From Myxococcales bacterium (GTDB taxonomy: Bacteria; Myxococcota_A; Polyangia; Polyangiales; Ga0077539), in NCBI GenBank assembly GCA_016792845.1, contig JAEUKH010000043.1, positions 25,846 to 89,845 on the forward strand: DNA of 64,000 nucleotides. The letters run 5' to 3'. Positions 14,101 to 21,450 of this stretch are shown piece after piece. Every line of letters starts with the position of its first letter. The first letter of the stretch is position 1. The notes beneath the pieces are model-generated. The model had not been told where the DNA came from, made no database searches, and was given only the letters and a program-made list of their open reading frames with translations. A program made the translations under genes and the position numbers.

Positions 14101-14739
14101 CCGCTACAGTTTCCGGAGTACACCGAGGTGACCTCGACCCGGGCGATCTTGCGCGAGCTGCCGCTGCGGTACGGGGCCCGGTACCGGGTCGGCGTGCTGG
14201 CCCTCGACGGCCGCGGTTCGAGCGTCGAACAGACGAGCGACGGCGTCACCGTGGTCGACCAGACTCCGCCGCGCTTCGAGCTCCGCGCCAACCCCGCGCG
14301 GTTTCGGCCCGGCGAGGGCGAGACCACCCGCGTCGAAGCCATCATCGCCGACCGCACCGGCGTCGTCGCGACGCGCACCTCGATCCAGACGCCCACCGGC
14401 GAAATCGTGCGCCTCTTCGAAGACACCCGCCTCGACCTGCCGAGCACCTCGCGCACCGTGCGCGGCGTGTGGGACGGCATCAACGCCGCCGGCACCCGCT
14501 ACGTCGCCGCGGGCGAGTACCGCCTCGTGGTCGAGGCCACCGACGTCGGCGGTCACGTCGCCAGCGCCTCGACGCCCATCACCCTCGACCCGGCGGCGGT
14601 GACCCCCGCGCGAACCCTCACCGAGCTCGGCGGGTGCACCTGCCGCGCAGCCCTCGCCCCGCCGCGCAGCCCGACGCCCTACGCCCTCGCCGCCCTCGCC
14701 CTCGCCCTCGGCGCGCGCCGTCGCCGCCGCGCAATGTGA
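11125..14739 (+). CDS. Secreted FG-GAP repeat beta-propeller protein with C-terminal MYXO-CTERM-like sorting tail
   Basis: Signal peptide is MPAKLGRSRSAQRVMGPLVACLGLCTVTPQVSAQE. There are multiple FG-GAP repeats (GDVDGDRAPDVVF, VDLDGDGRAEVV, ADLNGDRRDDLYVG, ADLDGDGARELVMF, DFDHDGARDLAAF). The C-terminus GGCTCRAALAPP...YALAALALALGARRRRRAM is Cys motif, hydrophobic stretch, then Arg run. The ATG at 11125 is preceded by AAAGGAAG. Confidence 0.75.
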   Translation: MPAKLGRSRSAQRVMGPLVACLGLCTVTPQVSAQEWPMLRHDPQRSGRAEVALDLASPTVRWRHYLGGGLRSDQFVVGDVDGDRAPDVVFLAGFKLLAKRFDDTLLWETPPLEITAIVGAVDLDGDGRAEVVATAGRGNVLVVDGRRGEVLWEMPVDARGGGSYARIADLNGDRRDDLYVGECLGAPHVAYGFSFVGGFAQPQRLFQLDAPQGVCGTDADVVADLDGDGARELVMFNGAFDQLRVFDLGTGALRSTLAAPPSGAWGSFSTALPRNLDDDPAAELVVFTNGYAVGAQPYGARRVAVYDHRQGGLTLAWEANAPAVADGNVTLSGEGIGELDGAPGAELVLGLYDPNTRQWQTELRDALTGALRGRADASELVAVLPRPGRETLALVIESDRALVGLAVRPEGLVARWRVPAVRPLLGNDPGRAGRERFNTRSLVVSLGSDGAESLLVAPFDPAAAPEARAVTSLRGLRLDTGTLVENVVFSAPSDTTVVAAGQGSAVTRPYAQGLVVTSDGYMLVLDRSLASTNRLVGTEFTIPGLRVGGYYSGYGALVQAPIAGRVSDTESAVFVRDSRPALVRLDARNASLAAPPRVRFSAPRWSAAVLGDFDHDGARDLAAFDGRDLVIADARSGALRTTVTDAVGPRGAQALSDIVPLRRADRGADDLAFLRLVPGMGGNLSTFDARGQRRWGDFFRIPHSGFGQLAAADLTGDMHDDVFVAINTALVFDGRDGALAHEGPYAPYGLPIIAPFRATAPEVYLGGMLPDQVFGADLTLRGRFEAPGISSPWGALVRCEGRTLVARSPAYGSRIELVDPAALGPDGSPSPAARRASTLLAGGRAYGASETVSPGVRPGLVHNLTAVADLDATGRPALVAGATDGFLYALDACTLALRWAYDFRSPVGEAVIADADGDGQSELMVSVADGYLYALGPRTLSAPGAVRDVDPNSDADLTERDEVETFNTLAVAFDPVPGATRYQVRVLSAGGTPLQFPEYTEVTSTRAILRELPLRYGARYRVGVLALDGRGSSVEQTSDGVTVVDQTPPRFELRANPARFRPGEGETTRVEAIIADRTGVVATRTSIQTPTGEIVRLFEDTRLDLPSTSRTVRGVWDGINAAGTRYVAAGEYRLVVEATDVGGHVASASTPITLDPAAVTPARTLTELGGCTCRAALAPPRSPTPYALAALALALGARRRRRAM

Positions 14740-14778
14740 ACGCTGTCAACATTGAATGTTGACACTGTCAACTTTGGC

Positions 14779-15657
14779 TCAGCCGCGAGGCACGCTGAGG
14801 TCTGGCAGGCCGTCTCGGGCGCGCAGCGATTTCTCGACTTGCCCGAGGGCGGTGATCTCGTCGCGCACGCGCTCGCTGATGGCCATGAAGGTCTCGTACC
14901 CTGCGGGCTGCGCGTAGTACGCGTCGAGGTCGAGGGGCTCGCCGAAGACCACCGTGACGGGCTGCCCGGTGCCGTCGAAGTTGCTCTTCACCTGCTTGGG
15001 CAGGTCGTTGATGAGCCCGAGGGTGAACACGGGGATGACGATGGGCCGCGCGCCGTGGATGATCGACCCGGTGCCCACCTGCGCGGGCAAGAGGGTGTAG
15101 GGGTCGTCGAGCTTCGAGCGCGTGCCCTCGGGGTGGTAGCCCACCACCACGCCGGGCGATTGGAGGCACTGCTCGATGAAGGCCACCGAGTACTGGTTGA
15201 ACTCCTTGCGGTCGCGGCCGCGCAAGATCGGCGGATACATCGACCAGGCCGACATCACCCCGTTCACGGCGGTGCCGAGGGGGCCGTCGTAGAAGAAGTT
15301 CGACCGCACGGGGAAGTACAGCTTCTTCAGCCACCCGAGCGAGTGATAGAGGTGCGCCGAGATCACATAGAAGTCGAAGAAGCTGCGGTGGTTGCACACG
15401 AAGAAGACGCCGCGGTCGGGCGCGAGGGCGTGCAGCCGCTCGAAGTTGTAAAGGTGCGTCAAACGGCGCGTCGCCGTGCGGACCCAGGTCTGACCCACGG
15501 TGACCTGAAAGGCGTACTGCGCGCGCAACAAGATCGGCACACGGTTCACCGCGTCGGCGATCTCAAACTGAATCCGCTCGTTGAGCGACAAGAGCTTCAA
15601 CTGCGAAGGTGTCGGACGGAGCATGGGCGCGACCATACTCCAACCCGACGCGCTCAC
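14779..15657 (-). CDS. plsC: 1-acyl-sn-glycerol-3-phosphate (lysophospholipid) acyltransferase, PlsC family
   Basis: HX4D motif (NHRSFFDF) and PEGTRS motif (GYHPEGTRS) are present. The GTG start overlaps the upstream gene's stop (GTGA at 15654-15657). Confidence 0.8.
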   Translation of the reverse strand: MSASGWSMVAPMLRPTPSQLKLLSLNERIQFEIADAVNRVPILLRAQYAFQVTVGQTWVRTATRRLTHLYNFERLHALAPDRGVFFVCNHRSFFDFYVISAHLYHSLGWLKKLYFPVRSNFFYDGPLGTAVNGVMSAWSMYPPILRGRDRKEFNQYSVAFIEQCLQSPGVVVGYHPEGTRSKLDDPYTLLPAQVGTGSIIHGARPIVIPVFTLGLINDLPKQVKSNFDGTGQPVTVVFGEPLDLDAYYAQPAGYETFMAISERVRDEITALGQVEKSLRARDGLPDLSVPRG

Positions 15658-17147
15658 GACGGCGCAACAAAGCCCCCGAGGAGCCCGCGGAGGGCGTCAC
15701 GCTGGCTACGCACGGTGCGTTCTAAAACACCGGGGCACAAAGGCAAAAGCCCGACTCCGTCGACAGGATTTCGCCCCCCGAACCACAGCGCCGCGTCGCC
15801 CTCGCTCGGGTGCAGCGCGAAGGCCGCGACGGCGCCCACGATGCCGTCGCGGTAGGCGTGCATCTTGGCGATCTCGTCGCGCGGGCCTTCGCCGCTCGGC
15901 GCGAGGCGACACTTGGCGTCGATGAGCAGCCACCGCCCGCGCGCCGCGACGGCGAGGTCGGGGCGCCACCCGAGCGAGCGCGTCTCAGCGCCCGAGAAGT
16001 TGCGCTGAAACCACAGCGAAACACCTTCGCCGCAGCGCACGGGTTGGCCGCGCAAGAGCTGCGACCGCTGCGGCGCCGAGAGCCCGAGGGCCGCCGCCAC
16101 TTCGAGTGCGCACCACCGCTCGTAGAGCGTCGCCGGGTCGCTGACGGCGATCATCGCGTCGGCCACCGCGTCGGCGCGCACGAGGCCCGCCTCGCGGCTC
16201 GCGCGCCACCCTTCGAGCACCGCCGCGTATGCAGGGTGCGCGTGCCACCGCGCGCTCTCGCGGCCGCTCCACGGGCCCCGCGGCAGGCCCGCCCCGTCGA
16301 GCCTCGCGCGCCACCGCGAGAGCGACCGCCGCGCCGCCTCGACGCGCGACGGGTCGAGCGACGGGTCGCCCGCGTAACCGCTCAGCTGCGCGGCGAACTC
16401 TTCGAGCATCGCGCGCACCCCGCGGTTCTCGTCGGTGTCGAGGTCGAGCGCCGGCCGGGCGCCTCGGGCCTCGACCCGCCCGCGGCCCTGCGACCGAAGC
16501 TGCGCCACCGCCCCCGGGTCGTCGACGCGGTCGGCGCGCAACGCCCCGGTGGCCACGCGCTGCCGGATCGCGCGCTGCGGCGCGGCCGCGATGGCCTCGA
16601 AATGCTGATTCATTTCAGGGTCTTCGAGCACACGGAGGAGGCTCCTCCAGCCCACGAGCCCCGCCCCCGCGCGCCACGCCGAGGGCAAGAGGCACCGCGC
16701 TGCCGCGGCCCCCGCGACGTCGCCCGCAGCCACCAGCGCGTCGACCATCGCGGCCCACCGCGCGGCGTCGACCGCGCCCGCTTCGACGAAGAGGCCCGCC
16801 GAGCGGGTCGCGCCCTCGTCCGCGAGGTGGAGCCAGGCCGGGCCCCCCTCGCCGTGGGCGTGGAGCCACGAGAGGCCCTCGCCGAGCGCCGCGACGCCGA
16901 GCCCCGAGACCGAGAGCGTCGCACCCTCGCAGGCACCGACGAGCGACTGCCCAGGGCGCCACACGGGGCCTTCGAAGGGCGCCGCGTCGCGCCACCCGAG
17001 GGGCGACTGCGGCGGGCCCGCGAGGCCCCACCAGGCGCCGTCGAGCGGCTCCCAGGGCGCCGACCGCGAGGGCCGCGGGCCGGGGGGCCAAAGGGTCAGC
17101 GAGACGCCCTCCGCCGGAGCCCATCGCAGCGCCGCGAAGCGCCTCAC
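15654..17147 (-). CDS. Hypothetical protein with C-terminal PD-(D/E)xK nuclease-like motif (McrC/DUF2357-like)
   Basis: C-terminal GWRPDLAVAARGRWLLIDAKCR...EIAKMHAYRDGI matches the PD...(D/E)xK pattern (PD, IDAK). The N-terminal region is uncharacterised. An in-frame GTG at 17145-17147 overlaps the stop of the upstream FIST gene. The longest ORF extends to 17261. Confidence 0.5.
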   Translation of the reverse strand: MRRFAALRWAPAEGVSLTLWPPGPRPSRSAPWEPLDGAWWGLAGPPQSPLGWRDAAPFEGPVWRPGQSLVGACEGATLSVSGLGVAALGEGLSWLHAHGEGGPAWLHLADEGATRSAGLFVEAGAVDAARWAAMVDALVAAGDVAGAAAARCLLPSAWRAGAGLVGWRSLLRVLEDPEMNQHFEAIAAAPQRAIRQRVATGALRADRVDDPGAVAQLRSQGRGRVEARGARPALDLDTDENRGVRAMLEEFAAQLSGYAGDPSLDPSRVEAARRSLSRWRARLDGAGLPRGPWSGRESARWHAHPAYAAVLEGWRASREAGLVRADAVADAMIAVSDPATLYERWCALEVAAALGLSAPQRSQLLRGQPVRCGEGVSLWFQRNFSGAETRSLGWRPDLAVAARGRWLLIDAKCRLAPSGEGPRDEIAKMHAYRDGIVGAVAAFALHPSEGDAALWFGGRNPVDGVGLLPLCPGVLERTVRSQRDALRGLLGGFVAPS

Positions 17148-18301
17148 GACGGACGGTCGAAGAGCATCACCACCGCGGCGCAGAGCTGCAACGACGCCCC
17201 GCGGCCCTCGACCGGCGAGATCTCGAACAACACATGGGCGCCCGCGAGGGGCACCCGCCACCGCGCCCGCACGGCCCCCGCGTCGACGTCGCGCTGACCG
17301 TAGAAGCCCGAGCCGCGGCCCGCGCAGCTCAGCATCAGCACCGCGGCCGGCGCGTTGCTGCGTCGCGCCCGCAAGAGCCCGTCGAGCTGCGCCGCGAGCT
17401 GCGCCCGAGCGAGCTCGGGGTCGCGGAGCCCCAACGACACCCGCTGCCCGACCCCGATGGGCTCGGCCACCCGCAGCGAGCGCTTCGCGGCGTCGACGCT
17501 GCTCACCGTGCGCACCAGGAGCGTCGCCTCGTCGGGGCCCTCGATCGCCAGGAGCGTCGGCCCGATCGCCGGAGCCGCCACCTCGACCTCGCCCACCACG
17601 TCGAGGGCCGCGCGCCCCTCAAGGCTCGCCACCGCGCCGTCGTCGAGGCCCGTCACCGCGAGCCACGGGGTCTTGCGCAGAAACGACTGGGCCGTGGCCA
17701 CGCTCACCCCGAGCGCCGTCCGCAAGGGCAAGATCACCGCGTCGCACGCGCGCCCCGCGGCGCCCGCGGCGCCGAGCGCGAGGGTCGCGGCCGCAGCGCC
17801 CACCATCGGCAACCCGGCGGTCTCGCGCAGCGCCGCGAGGGCCGCGCCGTGGTGGAGCTTCTTGCCGAGAAAGGCCATCCACCCGCGGGGCCGCCGGGGC
17901 TCGCCGCGCAGCGCCTTCTGCCGCGCATCGCGCAGCGCCGAGAACACCTCGATGGGGTCTTCTGAGGCCATCACCGTCTCGGCCTCGATCTCGAACACCC
18001 CACGCGCGAAGGCCATGAGCGACACCGCCGAGAGGCCCTCGCGGCTCCCCGCGTCGCCCACCACCGAGACGGTCTCGACCACGAGGCGCGCCCCCCCAAC
18101 GGTCTCGCCGAGCACGTCGCAAAGGCCCTCCGCCGCGCCCGCTTCGAGGCCATCGGGGGCCGACACGAACGCGATCACAAACCCCGGCTCGGGCATCGCC
18201 CGCAGCACCGCCCGCCCGGCCTGTCGCATCGCCGCGGGCAGCATGCGCGGGCCCTCGGCATCAATCACCGCCGTCGCGATCGGAGTGGCCCGGTTCGACA
18301 C
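17144..18301 (-). CDS. FIST-domain sensor-like protein
   Basis: C-terminal LMLSCAGRGSGFYGQRDVDAGAVRARW...PLAGAHVLFEISPVEGR resembles a FIST_C domain. The N-terminal FVIAFVSAPDG resembles FIST_N. The first 14 codons of the longest ORF use rare codons (TGT CGT AGA), so the GTG at 18301 or ATG at 18244 is the more likely start. Confidence 0.55.
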   Translation of the reverse strand: MSNRATPIATAVIDAEGPRMLPAAMRQAGRAVLRAMPEPGFVIAFVSAPDGLEAGAAEGLCDVLGETVGGARLVVETVSVVGDAGSREGLSAVSLMAFARGVFEIEAETVMASEDPIEVFSALRDARQKALRGEPRRPRGWMAFLGKKLHHGAALAALRETAGLPMVGAAAATLALGAAGAAGRACDAVILPLRTALGVSVATAQSFLRKTPWLAVTGLDDGAVASLEGRAALDVVGEVEVAAPAIGPTLLAIEGPDEATLLVRTVSSVDAAKRSLRVAEPIGVGQRVSLGLRDPELARAQLAAQLDGLLRARRSNAPAAVLMLSCAGRGSGFYGQRDVDAGAVRARWRVPLAGAHVLFEISPVEGRGASLQLCAAVVMLFDRPS

Positions 18302-18366
18302 TAGGGTGCGGAGTCTACGACAACGCCCTCGAAATGCGCGCACATTGCAGTAGCCTCTCGACCCCT

Positions 18367-18951
18367 ATGGAGCTCGAAGGTGCCGCCATCGCGGTGTTCT
18401 GTGGTTCGTCACCGGGTCACCACCCGTCGTTCATGGCCCTGGCCGCGGCCCTCGGCGAAGCCATCGCGCGACGCGGCGCCTCGGTGGTCTACGGCGGCGC
18501 CTCGGTGGGCCTCATGGGCGCCGTCGCCGACGCGGCGCTCACGGCCGGCGGGCGCGTGGTGGGGGTGATCCCCGAGTCGCTGCGCAACCGCGAGCTCGCG
18601 CACACCGGGCTCAGCGCGCTGCACGTCACCCCTGACATGCACACCCGCAAAGCCCGCATGGCCGCCATGGCCGCGGCCTTCATCGCCCTGCCCGGCGGCT
18701 ACGGCACCTGGGAGGAGGTGCTCGAAATCGCCACCTGGCGACAGATCGGGCTCCACCACCGGCCCATCGTGCTCGTCAACCACCGCGGGTACTACGACCC
18801 GCTCGTCGCCCAGATCGAGACCGCCGCGCGCGAGGGCTTCATGAGCGAGACCCTCCGCAGCTTTCTCTTCGCCGCCACCACCGTCGACGAGGCCCTCGGG
18901 TACCTCGCGGGCTACACCGAGCCCGCGAACGAGCGCGCAAAGTTCGCCTGA
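18367..18951 (+). CDS. LOG-family protein (cytokinin riboside 5'-monophosphate phosphoribohydrolase / TIGR00730 Rossmann-fold nucleotide-binding protein)
   Basis: PGGYGTWEE (PGGxGTxxE) and VVYGGASVGLMG motifs are present. Length 195 aa. Confidence 0.85.
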   Translation: MELEGAAIAVFCGSSPGHHPSFMALAAALGEAIARRGASVVYGGASVGLMGAVADAALTAGGRVVGVIPESLRNRELAHTGLSALHVTPDMHTRKARMAAMAAAFIALPGGYGTWEEVLEIATWRQIGLHHRPIVLVNHRGYYDPLVAQIETAAREGFMSETLRSFLFAATTVDEALGYLAGYTEPANERAKFA

Positions 18952-18972
18952 TTCACCATTAATTTCAACATC

Positions 18973-20223
18973 TTAGGCATTCTCTTTCTGCAAGTCGCTC
19001 AGCCGGTCGAGGCGCCGCAGCGCGGGGAAGAACAGCGCCCACAGCGTCACCACCGCCAGCGTGCCGACGCCCCCGAGGGCCACCGCGCGCACGGGCCCGA
19101 GCCACTCGGCGGTGAGGCCGCTCTCGAACTCCCCGAGCTCGTTCGAGGCGCCGACGAAGATGAGGTTCACCGCGCTCACCCGGCCCCGCATCGCGTCGGG
19201 GGTCGCGACCTGAACGGCGTGCTGCCGAACGATCACGCTCACCATGTCAGACGCGCCCACCACCGCGAGGGCCAGCACCGAGAGCCACGTCGCCGTGCTC
19301 AGCGCGAACACCACCGTCGCGGCGCCGAAGACCGCCACCGAGGCGAACATCCACCGCCCCGCGTGACGCTCAAGCGGGCGGTACGCGAGCAGCACCGCCA
19401 TGAGCGCGGCCCCCGCCGCGGGCGCGCCCCGCAGGAGCCCGAGGCCCCGCGCGTCGGCGTGAAGAATGTCATTGGCGAACACCGGCAAGAGCGCCACCGC
19501 GCCGCCGAGGAGCACCGCGAAGAGGTCGAGGCTGATGGCCCCGAGCACGACCTTCTCGCGCCACACATAGCGAACCCCGCCGAGGAGCGCCTCCCAGGTC
19601 GACTCGCGCCGCGTCGAGGCCACCGCCCGCGGGGCGAGGGTCACGCAGAGTGTTAGCGCGGCGAGGCACATCGCCGTCGCGCAGCCGTACACCACCGCCG
19701 GGTTCGACGCGGCGTCGTAGACGAGCCCGCCGAGGGTGGGCCCCGCGATGGTGGCCACCTGCCAGGTGGTCGAGCCCCAGGCGACGGCGTTGGCGAGGTG
19801 CTCGACGGGCACGAGGTTCGGCACCAGCGCGCTGTTCGCCGGGCCCGCGAAAGACCGCGCCACGCCGAGCAGCACCAGCACCGCGTACACGAGCCGAACG
19901 TCGCGCAGCCCGCCGAGCGAGAGGGCCCCGAGGAGCGCCCACCCGAGCGCCGTCACCGCGTAACAAATCACCACGATTTTACGGCGATCGACCCGGTCGG
20001 CCACCGCCCCGGTCACCAACGACAGGAGCACCTGCGGGAGAAACTGCGCAAGGCCCACATACCCGAGGTCGAGGTACCGATGCGTCGTCGCGTACACCTG
20101 CCAGCCGATCGCCACCGCGCCCATCTGCGTGGCCAGGGTCGAAAGAAATTTCGCGATCTGATACCGGGTGAACTCACGCGACCTGAAGGCCACCCAGGCG
20201 CCCGTCTTGGCAATCTCGCTCAC
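18973..20223 (-). CDS. MFS transporter (EntS/macrolide-efflux-like)
   Basis: About 12 predicted TM helices. The MFS signature region is GAVADRVDRRKIVVICYAV. The long track ORF has a 198-aa Arg-rich junk extension. I place the start at the GTG at 20223 (VSEIAKTGAW..) with an upstream GAGG. Confidence 0.75.
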   Translation of the reverse strand: MSEIAKTGAWVAFRSREFTRYQIAKFLSTLATQMGAVAIGWQVYATTHRYLDLGYVGLAQFLPQVLLSLVTGAVADRVDRRKIVVICYAVTALGWALLGALSLGGLRDVRLVYAVLVLLGVARSFAGPANSALVPNLVPVEHLANAVAWGSTTWQVATIAGPTLGGLVYDAASNPAVVYGCATAMCLAALTLCVTLAPRAVASTRRESTWEALLGGVRYVWREKVVLGAISLDLFAVLLGGAVALLPVFANDILHADARGLGLLRGAPAAGAALMAVLLAYRPLERHAGRWMFASVAVFGAATVVFALSTATWLSVLALAVVGASDMVSVIVRQHAVQVATPDAMRGRVSAVNLIFVGASNELGEFESGLTAEWLGPVRAVALGGVGTLAVVTLWALFFPALRRLDRLSDLQKENA

Positions 20224-20281
20224 GGCGCGACACTGCCTCGCTTCGCCCCGCCGCGGCCATGATCTTCTGACGCGACGCCCA

Positions 20282-21040
20282 ATGCCCCTCGCACGACTCT
20301 TTGACCCGTGGCTCCTCACCCTCACCCTGCTCGTCGTGGCCCTCGCGGCGCTGCGCGGGCACCTCGCCGACACGCCCGCGGCGCGACGACGCTGGCGGGT
20401 CGCCCTCTTCGCGGCGGCCCTCGCGGCGCTCCTCTCGGCGCCAGTCACCGGCATCGCCCTCGTGCGCGGGTGGGAGCTCGCGCCCCCCGACCTGACCGCG
20501 CTGAGACGGGCCATCGACCCCGCGACCACGGCGCTCGTGGTGCTCTCGTCGTCGTCGCTTCTGCCCGTGCCCGGGGTGCCCGCGAGCGAGCGCCTCGACC
20601 CCGTGTGCCTCGCGCGAACCCTCGGCGCCGCGCGGCTCTTTCGCAGCCTCGAACCCGCCGCGGTAATCGTCACCGGCACCGCGGGCGGCGCGCACCCCGA
20701 CGCCACCGTGCGCGCGATGGAGGAGCTCCTGGTGCGCGAGGGCGTACCCCGGGCACGGGTTCTGCGCGAGCCTGAGGCCACCAACACCCGCGAGAACGCG
20801 CGCCGCAGCGTGGCCATGGCAAGGGCCCGGGGCCTCTCTCACCTCGTGGTGGTCACCAGCGGCCTGCACATGCGCCGCGCGCTCTGGGAGTTTCGTCGCA
20901 CCGGCCACGCCGTCAGCGCCGCCTCGGTCGACGTGCTCGGGCCCGTCGCGTGGTCGGTCGCGACCTTCGTGCCCACCAGCGGGGCCCCGGCCCGGGTCGA
21001 CGCCGTCGTGCACGAGGCGCTCGGCTTCTTTCGACCCTGA
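20282..21040 (+). CDS. DUF218 / YdcF(ElyC/SanA)-family protein
   Basis: VVVTSGLHMRRA matches the DUF218 TSxxHMxRA signature. There is an N-terminal TM segment. It is divergent from the MFS gene (59-bp gap). Confidence 0.75.
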   Translation: MPLARLFDPWLLTLTLLVVALAALRGHLADTPAARRRWRVALFAAALAALLSAPVTGIALVRGWELAPPDLTALRRAIDPATTALVVLSSSSLLPVPGVPASERLDPVCLARTLGAARLFRSLEPAAVIVTGTAGGAHPDATVRAMEELLVREGVPRARVLREPEATNTRENARRSVAMARARGLSHLVVVTSGLHMRRALWEFRRTGHAVSAASVDVLGPVAWSVATFVPTSGAPARVDAVVHEALGFFRP

Positions 21041-21176
21041 GGGGCGCAGAGAGCTCCCCCGTGATGCGGGGTCTCGGCGCCACTTTACGGCGAAACACTG
21101 TCAGAAAGTTCAGGTCTTTGTTCAGCGGTGCGAGAGTCCGTTCAGTAGCAACACCGACAAGACCTGGAGGACTCTC

Positions 21177-21365
21177 ATGCACATGCACGACGACCACGAT
21201 GAAGGGCTCACCACCGCCGGTCGCAAGTACCTCATCAGCGACCGCGACCTCGACGCGCTCGCCGAGGCCGAGATGGCCTTCCTGAAGCACCAGCGGGCCC
21301 GGCGTTGGTGGCTCGTAGGCTGCATCGATGGCCAGCGCGAAGACGACGAGGCCGACATCGCCTGA
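21177..21365 (+). CDS. Small acidic hypothetical protein (62 aa)
   Basis: The ATG is preceded by TGGAGGACTCTC. It is followed by a stem-loop terminator. No homology recognised. Confidence 0.35.
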   Translation: MHMHDDHDEGLTTAGRKYLISDRDLDALAEAEMAFLKHQRARRWWLVGCIDGQREDDEADIA

Positions 21366-21388
21366 GCGCCCGCCGCGCCCCAAAACAC

Positions 21389-21432
21389 GAAGGCCACCGT
21401 CTCGCGCGCTGCGAGGCCGTGGCCTTCGGCGT
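21389..21432. terminator. Bidirectional rho-independent-like terminator hairpin between convergent genes
   Basis: gaaggccac...(loop with inner stem ctcgc/gcgag)...gtggccttc forms a 9-bp GC stem. It is flanked by ttttgggg (minus side) and ggcgttt (plus side). Confidence 0.5.
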
Positions 21433-21450
21433 TTGGGCGCCCTAGCGGGC

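Noticed and set aside
15810-17965. Two long plus-strand ORFs (495 and 578 aa) opposite the FIST/PD-DxK genes
   Set aside because: Translations are runs of R/P/A/G. The minus-strand frames have protein-like composition and coupled start/stop overlaps.
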